Source of the DNA: Chrysomallon squamiferum
Taxonomy: Eukaryota > Animalia > Mollusca
Length of the DNA stretch: 64,000 nucleotides
Assembly (NCBI GenBank): GCA_012295275.1
Contig: CM022668.1
Location: 6,262,001-6,326,000, forward strand
Direction: 5' to 3'
Position 1 is the first letter of the stretch. Each line of letters begins with the position of its first letter. The notes beneath the pieces were generated by a model. It had not been told where the DNA came from. It ran no database searches and worked only from the letters and a program-made list of their open reading frames with translations. The translations under genes were made by a program, and so were the position numbers. Positions 1-13,499 of this stretch are shown piece by piece.

Positions 1-128
1 TGAACATTTTATTGATTATACATACCCAGTGTAAAATATAGATGCATCTAGAATGCTTTAAGTATTACAATATGGACAATAAACTAAGATAACAAAAATT
101 ATGTTTAAACAAGGAATAACAGACACAC

Positions 129-2948
129 TGCTGTCTCAGGGTCATTCTGGTTGTATGGTTCAACATCAGAAGACTACAGAAATATTAATAATAGAACTGA
201 TTACGTAATTGTTTAACATATGCTGTTTGACCACTATAGTTTTATTTAAGGAATGTCTTTTGTTTTGAAAATAATAATAACAATAACAAAACCAAAACAG
301 TAATAACAACAATAATAATAGTGATAGTGATAATAAGAAGAAGAAGAAGAAGAAAAAAATAATATTAATAATAATAGAATATTAACAACAATAACATTAT
401 ATGAAATCCTAATTCAGACATGATAAAACTGGTTGCTCTCTATGTAGAAGTGATTCAAAAAATATTCTCAAAAATTTGTTCCACTGCATTTATTTTACAC
501 ACATGACTGTCTTAAGATATCTAAACATTTCCCACTCACCTCTTTATCAATTTTGCAGCTTTCAACAGGATCTTTGAACTCCTTTTTGAACAATGTATCA
601 GGAATTTTAACATCATGATTATCACAGATTTGTTCTGGCTCTGTATCATTCGGCAAAATGTTTTTCTCCTGTAGGTCCTTTTTAAACATTTGAACATCAT
701 CATATAATTTCTGAATACTTATAATCAAAGGATCGTCGCCTGGTAAACGGTTCAAAACTTCATTTACCATGGACTGAAAGAAATATACTTTTTATCAATG
801 GTTTAAGAATATTTTTAAGACTATTTAAATATTCTTATCTGTTAATATAAAAGTCAGTTATGATAAAAAATAATTTTCTTCTACTAAAATTGATGAGAAG
901 AATTTATGTCTAGGTTTTTTTTGTTGATTTTTGTTTTTTCAAGTGAAATAAAATCTATTAACATTTCAATATTGTTAAATTGAAATTTGGACAGAAAATG
1001 TTAGTTTCTTATAATTTTATTTCTTTCTGATAAACACACTAGAATACAAATAGATAAAAATAATTTGAAATGTTTCTTACTTCAAATGGTATTTGAGATG
1101 AATCCAAGATAAAATCTTTCTTAGGATATACCTGAAAAATAAAACAAAATAACTTTACTGTATCTCAGCCAAGAATATTTTTAAGTGTATGCATGCATGT
1201 GTGTGTGTGTGTGTGTGTGTCTGTTCATGTATGTGTGCTTACACAAAAATAAAATTTAATATCATAAATCAGAAAATTACATTTGATAAAATAGTCATAA
1301 ACATATTAATAGTGTTTAACTGTTCCTAAACACAATAATAACTGGAACTGTGCAAAAACTATTATTTAAAAATAAAGTAATTTCCAAACTACTTTAATAT
1401 TTAAATTAATAATGAGAAGAAAAAAGTGGGTACTAAATAATATTAAGAATACAAGAAAGAATGGGGTGAATTAGCTGAACTTAGTTATTCCTATTTCTGG
1501 CCAAGTTAAAAGTTTTATAACTTTAGCAATCAAGAAAAGAAGAAGAAGAAAGAAAGAATTCAAGATAAATGATGGAAATACTTGAAGGGAAATAATTTCT
1601 GAATATTTAGTTGTTTTTTTTAGAAAAAACACTGTGAAGTAGTTTTCTCTAAAGTGAAATTCGTAGAAAACTTTTATGTCTGAAAATTGTCTTACTTCCC
1701 AAGTTCCAAACTATTTAGATGGAAAAAGATCAGGTGATGTTTTTTGCAAAACGTGATAAGAATAAAAACAGAAGCAAAGTTTTATCTATATTCACTGATG
1801 AATTATAACCTTAACCTTAACTAAAACCTAAAATTAGAGTATCTTAGTTTCATTATTTTAACATTTTATCAATTTTTAACAAGATCTGAAATGAATCTTT
1901 TCTGGATTTTTTAGAAAGTTAAATTCGTACACACTCAACAATAATGGCATACATGGTAAAATATGGTTAATGAACTGAAGAATCATAACATCTTAGTAAG
2001 ATAACAAAAATTATGTTAAACATAGTTAAATAATAGTTACTCACCCCTGTCTCAGAATTATACAGTTCATTTGACAAAGTCACATCTTCATTGTTAATGA
2101 TATCCAAGTTCTTGCCAGGATCTTTGTATTGATCATCTGATTTGCTATCGTGCTGATTCAGAAAAGGTACATTTTTCAGATCAATTATCCTCTCCTTTCT
2201 CCTTCTTCCTAGAGCTGAGGTATTTTTGTTATAAATATGCTGGAGAAACCTTTTTTGGGAGAGCCAGTTTACCCAATTTTCTTTCACCTGTTAGAGAACA
2301 AAATTAAAAAATTGCAGATATATTAATTCTAATTAAATCTGAAAAAAATCAGTCCATATAGTATAAAAAAGATAATAATTAATTTAGAAACTTACAGGAA
2401 CTATATTAAGAAAGTATTTAAATTTCAAATAGTTTTAGTATATAGTTTATGACAGCAATATGTAGAAAGTAAAATTAAGAATAAATGCATTTTTCTGTAT
2501 TTGCCTCCATCTTGTGCTTAATTTTTCTATATTTATAATACAAAATCACTGTTAATAAACTTCATAAAAATTCATTTACCAGTGTGAAAGAAATATTTGG
2601 TTTACTGCAGTTAATACATCAATGTACTACAGTTCTACACTGATTTTTGTTGTATCATAGTTACAATTTTTTTTCTACTTCATTCCATAAAAACTTGTTA
2701 ATTTTCTGAGATAGAATGAAATAAAATATGCTACATCGAAGCGTCTATCTAAAATGTTAGTTTCTTATATTTTTTATTTGAGTAAGTCTGTACCAGTTGG
2801 AATACAAACAGGTGAAAAGTAAATACACTAATTTTAAATGTTCCTTACTTCATCTGGCACTGATGACAAATCCAATGCAACATCAGATCTATCATTCTGC
2901 TGAAAAATGAAACAGGATCTTGATGAAGATATTTTTAAGCATGTTCAT

Positions 2949-3004
<56 letters not shown>

Positions 3005-4541
3005 AATAAGAAATATATAAACTATAAGGCAACAAATCTAAAAAATAGTTTTAATAACATAGTCAAACATATTACTGGCAAAGCCTAATTGTTGATAATC
3101 TTAATTATATCTGTTCTGGAGCAAAACATATTATAATTTGCAAACTACATTAATATTTAAATTCATAATCAGAAGAAAATATCTGTATTATATACTTGTA
3201 ATAATAACAGAATGTTTGAGCTGATCTTAGTTATTCCTATATCTAGCTTAGTTACCATTTTTTTTTCTTCAACATGAAAATTTAATACAAATTAAACCAA
3301 AGAGATGAAAAAAAAAATTGAAGCAAGAAACAATCTATGACAATGGAAATGAGATGTTAATATTAAGATATTTATTTCTCAAAAATTAATTCATAAACAT
3401 TTTAATCTCATAGAATAAAAGAAGTGTCTGATTTTTAAACTGCTCCAGCTGATTTATATTTGCATGGGACTAATAACTTTATTTTAAACACTAAGAAATA
3501 GAAATGTCATATTATTCAACCTTGATTTCACAGACCTTGCTTTTCCAAATCTGAAAAACTCACAACTTCCCACCATTTTCTACTGGAAACCTTACCTCAA
3601 GTTACTATTAAGTTATTCTCAGTACCACTATAAAATCACAGCAACCCTCTCTGCCCATTTTCCATCAAAGTAAGAGAAAATTTTACAACTGCACCCATAA
3701 CCATTCTAACCTAACAAACTTCACCCAACCTAGCCTACATTCTTGTAATGTACATTTTTCTTTACAGTTTGCATACTTTTAAAATTATTTATTTTTATTA
3801 TATGAATATATTAAATGGAAATATTTTCTAAAATGTTAATAACATTTTCTTTTTTTTAAACACTGTAAAGAAACCATGCCTTATGTAAAAATGTTATAAA
3901 AGTAAATACAGAAGCAACATTATTTATAATCAGTGAAGAATTAAAACAAGATGGAAAGATAAAAATTGTTTAAACAGTTAATAGTAATTACTCACCCCTC
4001 TTTCAAGATCATTTCTGTCATATGCAGTTGGATGAGAAGTCTGTGGAAATATTGAAAACAAAAAATTAAAATAATTGTTTAATGTACTCTGTTTGATCAC
4101 TATATTTATGTTAAGGAAATATCGTTCTTTTGTGTATGATATATTAACAACAACAACAACATTAATAATAGTAGTAGTAGTAGTAGTAGATGTAATAATA
4201 ATATTAATAATTGTAGCAGTAGTAGTAGTCATAGTAGAAGTAGTAGTAGCAATAATAACAAAAAAAATTACCTTATATTAAATCCCTATTTAAACATTAT
4301 AAAGTTGATTGGTTCTCAGTGTAAAAGGGATTTAACAAACAGCCTAAAACATTTCACTTCTGCATCTATTTTAAGCATATGAAATTTTAATAATGCCAAA
4401 ATTTATGTTAAACAGCAAATAATAGTTACTCACCTCTGCCTCAGACTCACTCTGTTCATTTAACAAAAGAGGAACTGCCTACAGAAACATCACAAATAAA
4501 ACATATCAATGGTGTACTTGACTATATTTTTATTAAAGTAA

Positions 4542-4586
<45 letters not shown>

Positions 4587-4596
4587 GAAATAGCAC

Positions 4597-4641
<45 letters not shown>

Positions 4642-4693
4642 GTCACAATAATAATAATAATAATAGTAATAGTAATAGAAATAGCACTTAGTC

Positions 4694-4738
<45 letters not shown>

Positions 4739-7700
4739 GTAATACTTAGTCATAATAATAATAATAATAATAATAATAATAGCATTAACAACAATGAAAC
4801 TGACTGGTCTCTAAGCAGAATGGATTCAAAAAATAGCCTCAAGTATCTAATCTCCTCCATTTACTTTATACACATGAACATCTCAATAAGGCCAAATTAA
4901 AAATTCTCACTCACTTCTTCATTGTTAAGTATTTCCCCCTTTTTCCCTGGATCTTTAGGCCGCTTATTCGATTGATTATCATTCTTACTCAAAAACTGTT
5001 CTAAGCCTCCTTCCAAATCAATAACTTTTTTCTTCTTCTTTCTTCTTAGAGCTGAGGTATTTCTATTATAGAAACGCTTGAAAAATCTGTTATCCCTCTT
5101 TTTCATCACCAGCTAGAGAACAAAATTAAGAAAAACTGCTATAAGTTAATTGTTATCAAATGTGATAGAAATCAGTCCATATAGTATAAAAAGAAAGGTT
5201 ATTCTTTTCTTTGTTTTTTTTTTTCTTTTAAATTTCCAGACAATTACACATTCAGAAAGTATTTAAATTGCAAACATTGTCTGGTACCAAATCATTCTCT
5301 TTCATTTCTTATTCTTATTTTTCATTCATGCTGGCTTAAAAAACTAAAAATGTTTTAGGGCAGTCTAGCATATTTAATAATTTCAAATAAACATGTTTTA
5401 TGTAAAATTTGATCCACAAAATAACATAATTTTTACGTTTTCATATTAATTTTGTAATAGGTGTATAATCTATCTATCTATCTATCTATCTATCTAAAGA
5501 AAGTTATTCTGTTCATGTTTCTATTTATTTACCTTCCAGAATAAAATTATAATAACAACAACAATCAGAACAAAATGGCAAGCGACAATTATTATAAAAA
5601 GTATCTGCAATTCGTCTTTATCTTCTTCCTGAAAATGAAGGTTATGATGAGCTTTAGACTTATTTTAAGGATTTAAGATACATTCATGGTAAGTTATACA
5701 TATGTAAAATTAAATAATTTCTTTCATTAAATGAAATGACTAAGCATTTCCATGTTGACACTTTACATCTTTGTCAGTTTATTTTTATACATTTTGTCAT
5801 TTAGTTCATAATTATTAATTTCAAATTCCAATATCTTGTGCATATGAGCTTACTAACTCAAGGTAGAAAATGAAATGAATAAATTTTATTTTTTAACAAA
5901 ATTAAAATAACAACTAGGACACCAAAATTTCCATCTTTCATACATTTGCAATTCCTCCTCAAGGAATAAATATTAGGAAGATTAAATAATCACTGCAAAT
6001 GCTTGATGAAAAAGAAAATTTATATGTGAAAAACATACACTGACACAAAAATCAAACTGAAAAGAACAATTTTGATACTAAATGGAGAAACACTTATTAT
6101 TTTAAAGTTCTCCAGCTTTGTTACTTGTTTACTGTATGCTAATGAATTCCTTGAAAACTGAAACAACCAACTGTGTTACTTACAGGAAGCTCATAATCTT
6201 CACTATCCTCCTCATCATCCTCTCCTTCTGGTTCTTCATCTAAGCCTGGCAAACCTTCATCAGAGCCCAATAAACCCTTTGCATTACCCGCTGAAACAGA
6301 AAATATATTAATCATTATCTCATTTACTCTTCTTTTTATTATTATTATATAGAATTATATTTTATCAAAAAGATTATATCCCTTCACTAAAATTGATTCA
6401 TTCCTTCTTTTAAAATACATTAAAGAATTAATTATGTAATCAAATACTAATAAATTTATCTTAACACAGTTTCTTTAATTTTTCATTTAAAAACAAAGTT
6501 TCTTTACTAAAGACTTTGAGAATTCGCTGTGTTATAAACTGTGTCTTTAGCTAAGCCCACAGACAAAGCAAAAGTCTCAGATGGCTGCTTGTAAACTTAA
6601 AACAATGGACTAATAGGGATGAAAAACATTCTGGAAAATGTAAAAGTCTGGGATTTTTCCAATATAAACATTAACCCTAAAATATTCAAAAAAATTAAAC
6701 AGCTATATAATAATGTAACAAGAATACACAGATATAAAAACAATGTAAACAAATATCATACAGTACATGTAAAGAAAAATGCAGGCAAAGCTGGGTGAAG
6801 TTTATTAGGTTGTGGGCAGTTGTAAAATTTACTCTTATCTTGAGGGATAATCATAATAATAGTGTGAGTAAGAACAACTTAACTATATTTAAAGGTAAGG
6901 TTTCAAGTGGCAAGTTCATATTTATCTAGATTTGGTCTGATTTACGAAAATCTGTAAAACCAATATCCATCTAATTGAGGACCGAAGTAACTACAGAAGT
7001 ACAGTACACCCACACTTTAAAGATTCAGTACAGGTCAAAGGGCATCTGTTGATGCTGAAGGTCTATTAAAACTGGAATTTGTAAAGTGATATTTTTATAA
7101 AAATTATAACACACTGAAATTTTGAGATAAGATGTGAATCCGATAATGTATGGAAACAAACTCAATAGTTCATCACTGTGACTCCACAATGCTGGAGCTA
7201 GTACAACCTGTTGATCATCTAGTGAGTTACTTTCCATGTGAATTCATCACTAAAAGAGGTTCTAAAGGAATTAGTCTAAAAATTATTTGTTTCTAAGTCT
7301 AAATTCCAGCAAGGTGACTTTCATTAAGCTGAGGATACACTGTACATGAAGAAGAAATCAAGAAATAAAACAGCTCACGTTCTTCAATGGGCACTTCATC
7401 TTGGTCAGCTTCCTGTTCAGGATTGTCCATGACGTAAACAAGTGACAACACAGCATTTTCTACCATTTCTTCTTCAACAAGCAAGTATTTCTCTTTAGTG
7501 GATGGATTGGTTAAAGAAGATATGATTTTCTTGTGATCGGCATACATTTGTGTTAAACGGGGTTCAAAATCTTCACCTCTGATGTCAAAAACTATGCCAC
7601 TGATTAGTGCAAATACAGGTTCCTCACCAGAGAGTGATGCTGACTGTGGTATCTTACCTAAATGAAAATAAAAAGGTAGACAGAAAAGTACCACAATTGT

Positions 7701-8594
7701 TAAGAAACAGTAATTTAACATGTATATAAAGATTCTAAAACTAAAAGATTGCTATATATAATTAGTAATAAAACCTATTGTATCAAAATTTAGATATTTC
7801 TATTTTTGAAATAAATAGTGTAAAGAAGTAGTCAATTTATTATAAAACCAGTCTTACCACAATTAGTGATCTCATTGGTATCACAAATATCATCATGGAA
7901 AATAATTGTCTGTGGCTTTGTTTGAACAGCTGTGCAAAATTCTAAAAATGCACAATTGCATTTTAACTCATGGTGCCTGATATCACTGAAAATTGAAACA
8001 TTCAACATTAACATTATTAAAATATGGATGTTTTGATAAATTACTACACAAAGCAACTTAAGAGCAGTTCTAAATTTTCATCTTACTTCTCAAAAAATAA
8101 ATTTTAAAAATATATTTTAAAAAAGTGATAGGAAATTAAAGAAAAGTGACAGATTTAGTCAAAAGACTGTAGCAATTACTGTTTGCATGGTTGCAAAAGG
8201 ACTAAAACAAATAAGGATAATAAAACAATTTAAAAAGGAAAACAAATTGATTTTTTTTTTGCAGTTAAAATAGGAACTATTATTTTACTCACTGTTGTAT
8301 TATAAAGAAATTGAGAAATCTCAATAAGGACATTATAAAAAAGATTATTCATACACTTCAATAAGTTCCAAACAAATCTGATTAAAAAATGTAACTAAAA
8401 ATATAGAAAACATACATAATTAAGACACCAGAATGCTTTCCAATACATTTTGAGAGTTTTTCCAAATCTTTTTCTAAGAGGATATTACAGGTAACAACTT
8501 GGTTTTCCAGTATACATCCTTCAAAGCAAAACTGCGATGGGTTTCCTTCAGATGTAACAACAGAGATGCGTAATAACAGCAGTATTATCAACAT
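129..8594 (-). CDS. Multi-exon type-I transmembrane protein (>=484 aa, 3' end outside window). Predicted exons: 8594-8416, 7985-7858, 7657-7628, 6290-6184, 5628-5533, 5112-4915, 4478-4434, 4040-3996, 2899-2849, 2287-2045, 1131-1081, 773-540, 173-129
   Basis: Manual splice reconstruction: each exon has a pyrimidine-tract AG acceptor and a GT donor, and phases chain into one open frame. Signal peptide MLIILLLLRISVVTS; Cys motifs CFEGCILENQVVTC and DIRHHELKCNCAFLEFC resemble LRRNT/LRRCT caps; acidic stalk EEPEGEDDEEDSEDYE; TM ILFIIIVACHFVLIVVVIIILFW followed by basic KLVMKKR. Confidence 0.7.
3580..3745 (+). repeat. Dispersed repeat copy (unclassified), inverted relative to 6778-6912
   Basis: ggaaaccttacc...taagagaaaattttacaactgc...aacctaacaaacttcacccaacct aligns to the reverse complement of 6778-6912. 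Confidence 0.65.
4550..4780. repeat. (TAA)n compound microsatellite
   Basis: Direct reading of long taa runs. Confidence 0.95.
6778..6912 (-). repeat. Dispersed repeat copy (unclassified), inverted partner of 3580-3745
   Basis: gctgggtgaagtttattaggttgtgggcagttgtaaaatttactcttatc...ggtaaggtttcaagtgg is a diverged reverse complement of 3580-3745. Confidence 0.65.
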
Positions 8595-8696
8595 AATGTT
8601 CCTGCTGCAAAATGAAAAAAAAAAAAAAAAAGAACATTAATATTCTTTATTAATTAAAAAGTAAAAGAAAAGCATGTAAAATAAAACTATACTAAA

Positions 8697-8732
<36 letters not shown>

Positions 8733-9581
8733 CTCAGTTTTGTTTCTTTTTATTTTTTTAAATAAATGTTATTAGAGGTACCACACCATTTATCCAGATT
8801 CAAGAAAATCGGTATGGGTATTAATTTGTATCAACTAAATAAAATTTTTTTTTTTTTTCCCCCTTGCCATTGTTTATTTAATAGTTTTAAGTATACATTA
8901 ATCTTGGTATAAAAACTTGAAATCATGGGAACCTCCTGTACCCAGTACAAAATGCCTGTGCATCGCGTTCCTAATTATTCGATAAATATGGCATGAATCA
9001 GACGAATGGGTTCAGGATCAGACTAGAAACTATTATTTTTGCACTAGGATACTGAGTAAAAAGTTGGTTGACAAGGCCTTGATCTGTACCGCAAACTTGT
9101 TATTTGTAGCAGCTTAAGTCAATCATTTCTGGAAGAGGTTAGAAGCAATCTTTATGTGTTCTGGCGTGACCTAACATTAACTTAATCATTAACAGTTGTG
9201 AGAATAATTTTTCAAGCCTGTTATTTTTATTATTATTATTACCTTTTATCCTTGCCTGTTCTATATATTATTTAAAATATGTGTTGTTAAGTGAAATTAA
9301 TTAAAAGATGTACGAAGCAGACGATCTGGTCATAGATAATGGTAACTATAAAACGTCACCACAATAATGCGGAAGTTACTCTATATGGTTACATCCGGGA
9401 TATTTTAGCGTCTTGCTGTATTATGTCTATAAATAATCGCTGATCAGCAATATTAAAAATGAACCTATTTCCAATAAAAATATTTTGTAAGAATATCTGA
9501 GTAATTTTTATTTATTTATTTATTTGTAATACAGAGAAATGAGTATGATTTGGAATTCGCGGCTTTTATTACTTTTAAATA

Positions 9582-9875
9582 CAGTCAAACAGTTATAAAA
9601 CTCCACGGGATGTAGCCATAACAAATAAAAAATAAAAAAACACAACATACAAACATACAGATTGTCTCATATTAATGACGTGAACACTAAGATCTATCAA
9701 ACAATTTGTCAAGCATAAGTGTTACGGGCTATATAAATGGTTCAACGATATATATTTATTTCTTCTTAAATTCGTTGGTAAAACACTATTTCTGAAACCT
9801 CGTTATACCACCAAATTCGTTATAACAGCAAAATCTGTTGAACAACAGTATTGGCGTTATAAAGAGGTTTGGCTG
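9582..9875. mobile_element. Decayed Tc1/mariner-pogo (Tigger-like) MITE
   Basis: TA-flanked imperfect terminal inverted repeats ta|cagtcaaac...gtttggctg|ta, with internal cgttata motifs. Confidence 0.5.
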
Positions 9876-9991
9876 TAGGCGAAAAGTTAGTCTGATAAGA
9901 TGTCAAGTTCGAAGTGTTAGGAGGTAATAGGCATCAAATAGTCTAAAAAGTGAAAAAGGTAACTTGTCCACGCCTTTCAATTTTTTTCTGC

Positions 9992-10028
<37 letters not shown>

Positions 10029-10039
10029 AAAGAATAGTT

Positions 10040-10350
10040 AAAGATTAATAAGTCATTAATCTCGACTTCAGCTGCTCGGACTGATTAAGAAATTAAAAAA
10101 ATAAAATAATTAGTTAATAATTAATAAATTATATTAATCTCGAAACCTCTGCTCGGACTGAGTAAAAAAAAAAAAAAATAAATAAATAAATTTAAATAAA
10201 TAAATAATGTTAAGTTAAAGATTAAATAAATCATATTAATCGCGAGTCTGGTTGTTCGTACTGAATAATAAATAAAAAAAAAAAAGAAAAAAAAAGACAT
10301 TGTTTAGAGATTAATATGTCATACTAATCTCGAGTTCGGCTGCTCTGATT
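10040..10350 (+). repeat. Four diverged ~45 bp direct repeats separated by A-rich spacers
   Basis: Core attaatctcga-x6-tgctcggactga near 10056, 10134, 10235 and 10325. Confidence 0.7.
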
Positions 10351-10523
10351 CATTGAAATGAAATGCTGCAAACAGTCGTCTGCAATTACAAAAAGTTCAG
10401 AATCTGGATTCTCACTATCATCCCGCTGTTATTAATAATAACTCTGTCTTGTTTATAATTCCTGTGTTTTACACCTATAATCTGAGTAATTCTATCTGGC
10501 AGTCTAGCAGAAATTTCATTATT

Positions 10524-10554
<31 letters not shown>

Positions 10555-10555
10555 T

Positions 10556-10589
<34 letters not shown>

Positions 10590-11359
10590 AATTACCTAAC
10601 GTATTTCTAATTTCAGGGATACCGGTTAATTCTAGAAGTCAAGTGGCAAATTCTGCATGAAAAACCTGGGACAATTTGTCAGTGTGGTATCAAAATGGTT
10701 CACTCCAACCTGCCTAACACTGACAGTATCAGAGATATAGCAACATAGTACTTGCTGATAGGTATGTATGTTACAGGAAATATGTGTAATTTATAAAATT
10801 TTGTTTTTGAACTGAATCTTATGTATCTGCTCAATCTACTTGTATTTCAGAACTGTTATGTTTCTATTAGAAAAAAACTTATGTGTTGTTACATGTCTGC
10901 TTCCAGACATTTTGCCAAATTTTAGTAATTAGGCTAAATGCCAAAACATTTCAGGCATTAGGCATTAGTTTTATTAAATGCTCACACAAACACACACACA
11001 CACACATGCAATAAAATATTAAAACCTTATAAAATAATGTACAAATATTTACACATTCAGATCATGGATATATAAATAATTATAATAATAATCATAATAA
11101 TAATAATAATAATACACAATTGATTTGCCAATAAGATTCGATCCTATACAATGCAGTATAACTATGGCAAAACAAATTACTGAATATATTAAATAGAACA
11201 TTTTAATCTTTTATTAAATATATATGTAAATAGGTTAATCAGGGTTAGAATAATCATGATGTGAATGAATGGACTTTGATATTCAAAATTGCTTAAATTG
11301 TTTATAAAAGGTCTCTTAGTATGGATGACAAAAGATATGTGATTTTAAACAGAGCAAAA

Positions 11360-11400
11360 ATGAATGAATGAATGAATGAATGAATGAATGAATGAATGAA

Positions 11401-11467
<67 letters not shown>

Positions 11468-11510
11468 TGATGATGAAAAAAAAAAAAAAAAATAAAATAA
11501 AATATTAAGA
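11360..11510. repeat. (GAAT)n-(TAA)n-(TGA)n-polyA compound microsatellite
   Basis: Direct reading. Confidence 0.95.
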
Positions 11511-11512
11511 AA

Positions 11513-11730
11513 TGTAGCACGTATCCCTGCCTACACATTGTGTCAGCCAGTCATGGCCTAACAGACACTTTGTTAAGTCTGAAGTCCTAGGAGATCATTC
11601 CACACTTATTTCAGTTTTCATGTAAGGAAAAATACCAAGGAACCAGACTTTTGTCACAGCCTGCATTGATCACTGTTAAACAATAATCAATAATTGATGC
11701 ACCTGACAATTAACAATTGGTTGATTTTCA
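11513..11730 (+). other. Conserved upstream block of the FReD duplication unit; candidate non-coding 5'UTR exon or promoter (paralogue at 44698-44914)
   Basis: High similarity to 44698-44914. Both carry a donor-like cat|gtaag (11622 and about 44807). The first FReD coding exon begins with an acceptor upstream of the ATG, so an upstream exon must exist. Function is inference. Confidence 0.4.
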
Positions 11731-11853
11731 GCTAAAGAAAATCAGTGTGTTTATAAGATTAAATACATCATCCATTCAACCATCCACCCATTTGCTCTCT
11801 GTCAGTCTGCATGTCTGTGTGTCTGTATATAAGTGTGTGTGTGTATAGATAGA

Positions 11854-11887
<34 letters not shown>

Positions 11888-11996
11888 TACATACATACAT
11901 ACATACAAACATATACATATATATATATATCTGCTGGATGTTATGATGTTAACACAAATCGCTATATATATATAATTCAGTCAAAATTATGATGGT

Positions 11997-12067
11997 TGTA
12001 CAATCTTTAGTCATGATGGAAATGATAATGGAAGTTAAATTATATTTAAATTTGTAAAAATGAGAAC

Positions 12068-12100
<33 letters not shown>

Positions 12101-12738
12101 ACACACCTAAACGCATATGTATCTATCTACATAATCTATCTATATTCTTCAGTTCAAGTATTAAATGGTTTGGGAACATGCTCATGTTTATTCTTTTATT
12201 ACCAAATGTGATTTAGTTATTTTGATGTTTGTCAGACACAGGTGTTAAATTCTGTTTTTGTTGTTATTTGTTAGTATTCACCTTCTTTTGGAACTGATAT
12301 AGCCATTATTCCTAATCTGATGTGTGATGTCTGAAGCATGTATATGTAATTTATTTTTCATGATGATTAAATTGCGCAGTCATATTTCACTTCAGGCTAT
12401 TGCTAATACTTATATATCACCAAATATAGCTTATATTTTGTAAAATCTCACTATGGAGCATCAAAATAGACTTAGATGTTCTTAGTTTTTCTTAACAGTT
12501 CATTTTAATTTGTAGCTATCAAATTTCACTTATAATTTGTATGGTAATATGAGTGACAAACACACAGGCCCACAACAAGTAGATCTATTTTTCAATGAAT
12601 TCAGTTGTAATTTAGACGTGCTATCTGTGCTATTTGTTGCTTTCCAATCATTAATATCTATATTTCCACAAAATAAACTAATAAATGAAATGGTTATTTT
12701 CATAGCAAAGCCATCTTTATTTAATCATCTGAAAAATG

Positions 12739-12813
<75 letters not shown>

Positions 12814-12926
12814 TGATACATGTGTTTGTGTATTTTAGCTCCGTGTGTGTGTGTAAGTTCTCATTTTTGCAAATTTAAATATAATTTAACTTCCATTATC
12901 ATTTCCATCATGACTAAAGATTGTAT
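11997..12926. repeat. Near-perfect ~85 bp inverted repeat pair (11997-12082 / 12843-12926)
   Basis: caatctttagtcatgatggaaatgataatggaagttaaattatatttaaatttg...gagaacttacacac is reverse-complemented at 12843-12926. Confidence 0.9.
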
Positions 12927-13499
12927 ATCCATCCCGATATTGAAGCAGATATATATATAAAACATGAAACGATTTCTAATTTTAAAAATAAACTCATGCT
13001 GTGAAAAATTTTGATGAATAGTTACCATTAGTAAAATAACAGCATTATCATCATCATCATCATAATCATTATCATTTCATATCATCATCATAACAATGAT
13101 CAGCATGTGATTTTGTAAGTTAAATATCTCTTGGGTTTTTGTCATCATTTTCAACACAATTACTGGAAAAACTGAAAAAACACACATGAACCATATGAGA
13201 CAATCATTAACAAGTTTAAAAATGTTAATCCTAAGAAAGGGAAAAAAATCAGTTAATTTTTCAAACAGAAAGTCATGCAGAAATTTTGCCAAGTTCTAAG
13301 TTTTTAAAGGTGTATTCACGTGAAGCGATTTGTGTTAACATCATAACATCCACCAGTTATTGTATGTCACAATGTGTTGCCACATAATAGAACTGTATTT
13401 TCATGGGGTTTAAGGTTGTAAAAAGTCAGTTTGAATTATTTATCAATGATTCCAAACAAATGTTTAAACATTTGATGATGATGATGATGATAATGATCA

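Noticed and set aside
2579-2705. Possible additional exon of the minus-strand TM gene (AG...GT bounded)
   Set aside because: Contains in-frame stops that a single homopolymer correction does not remove.
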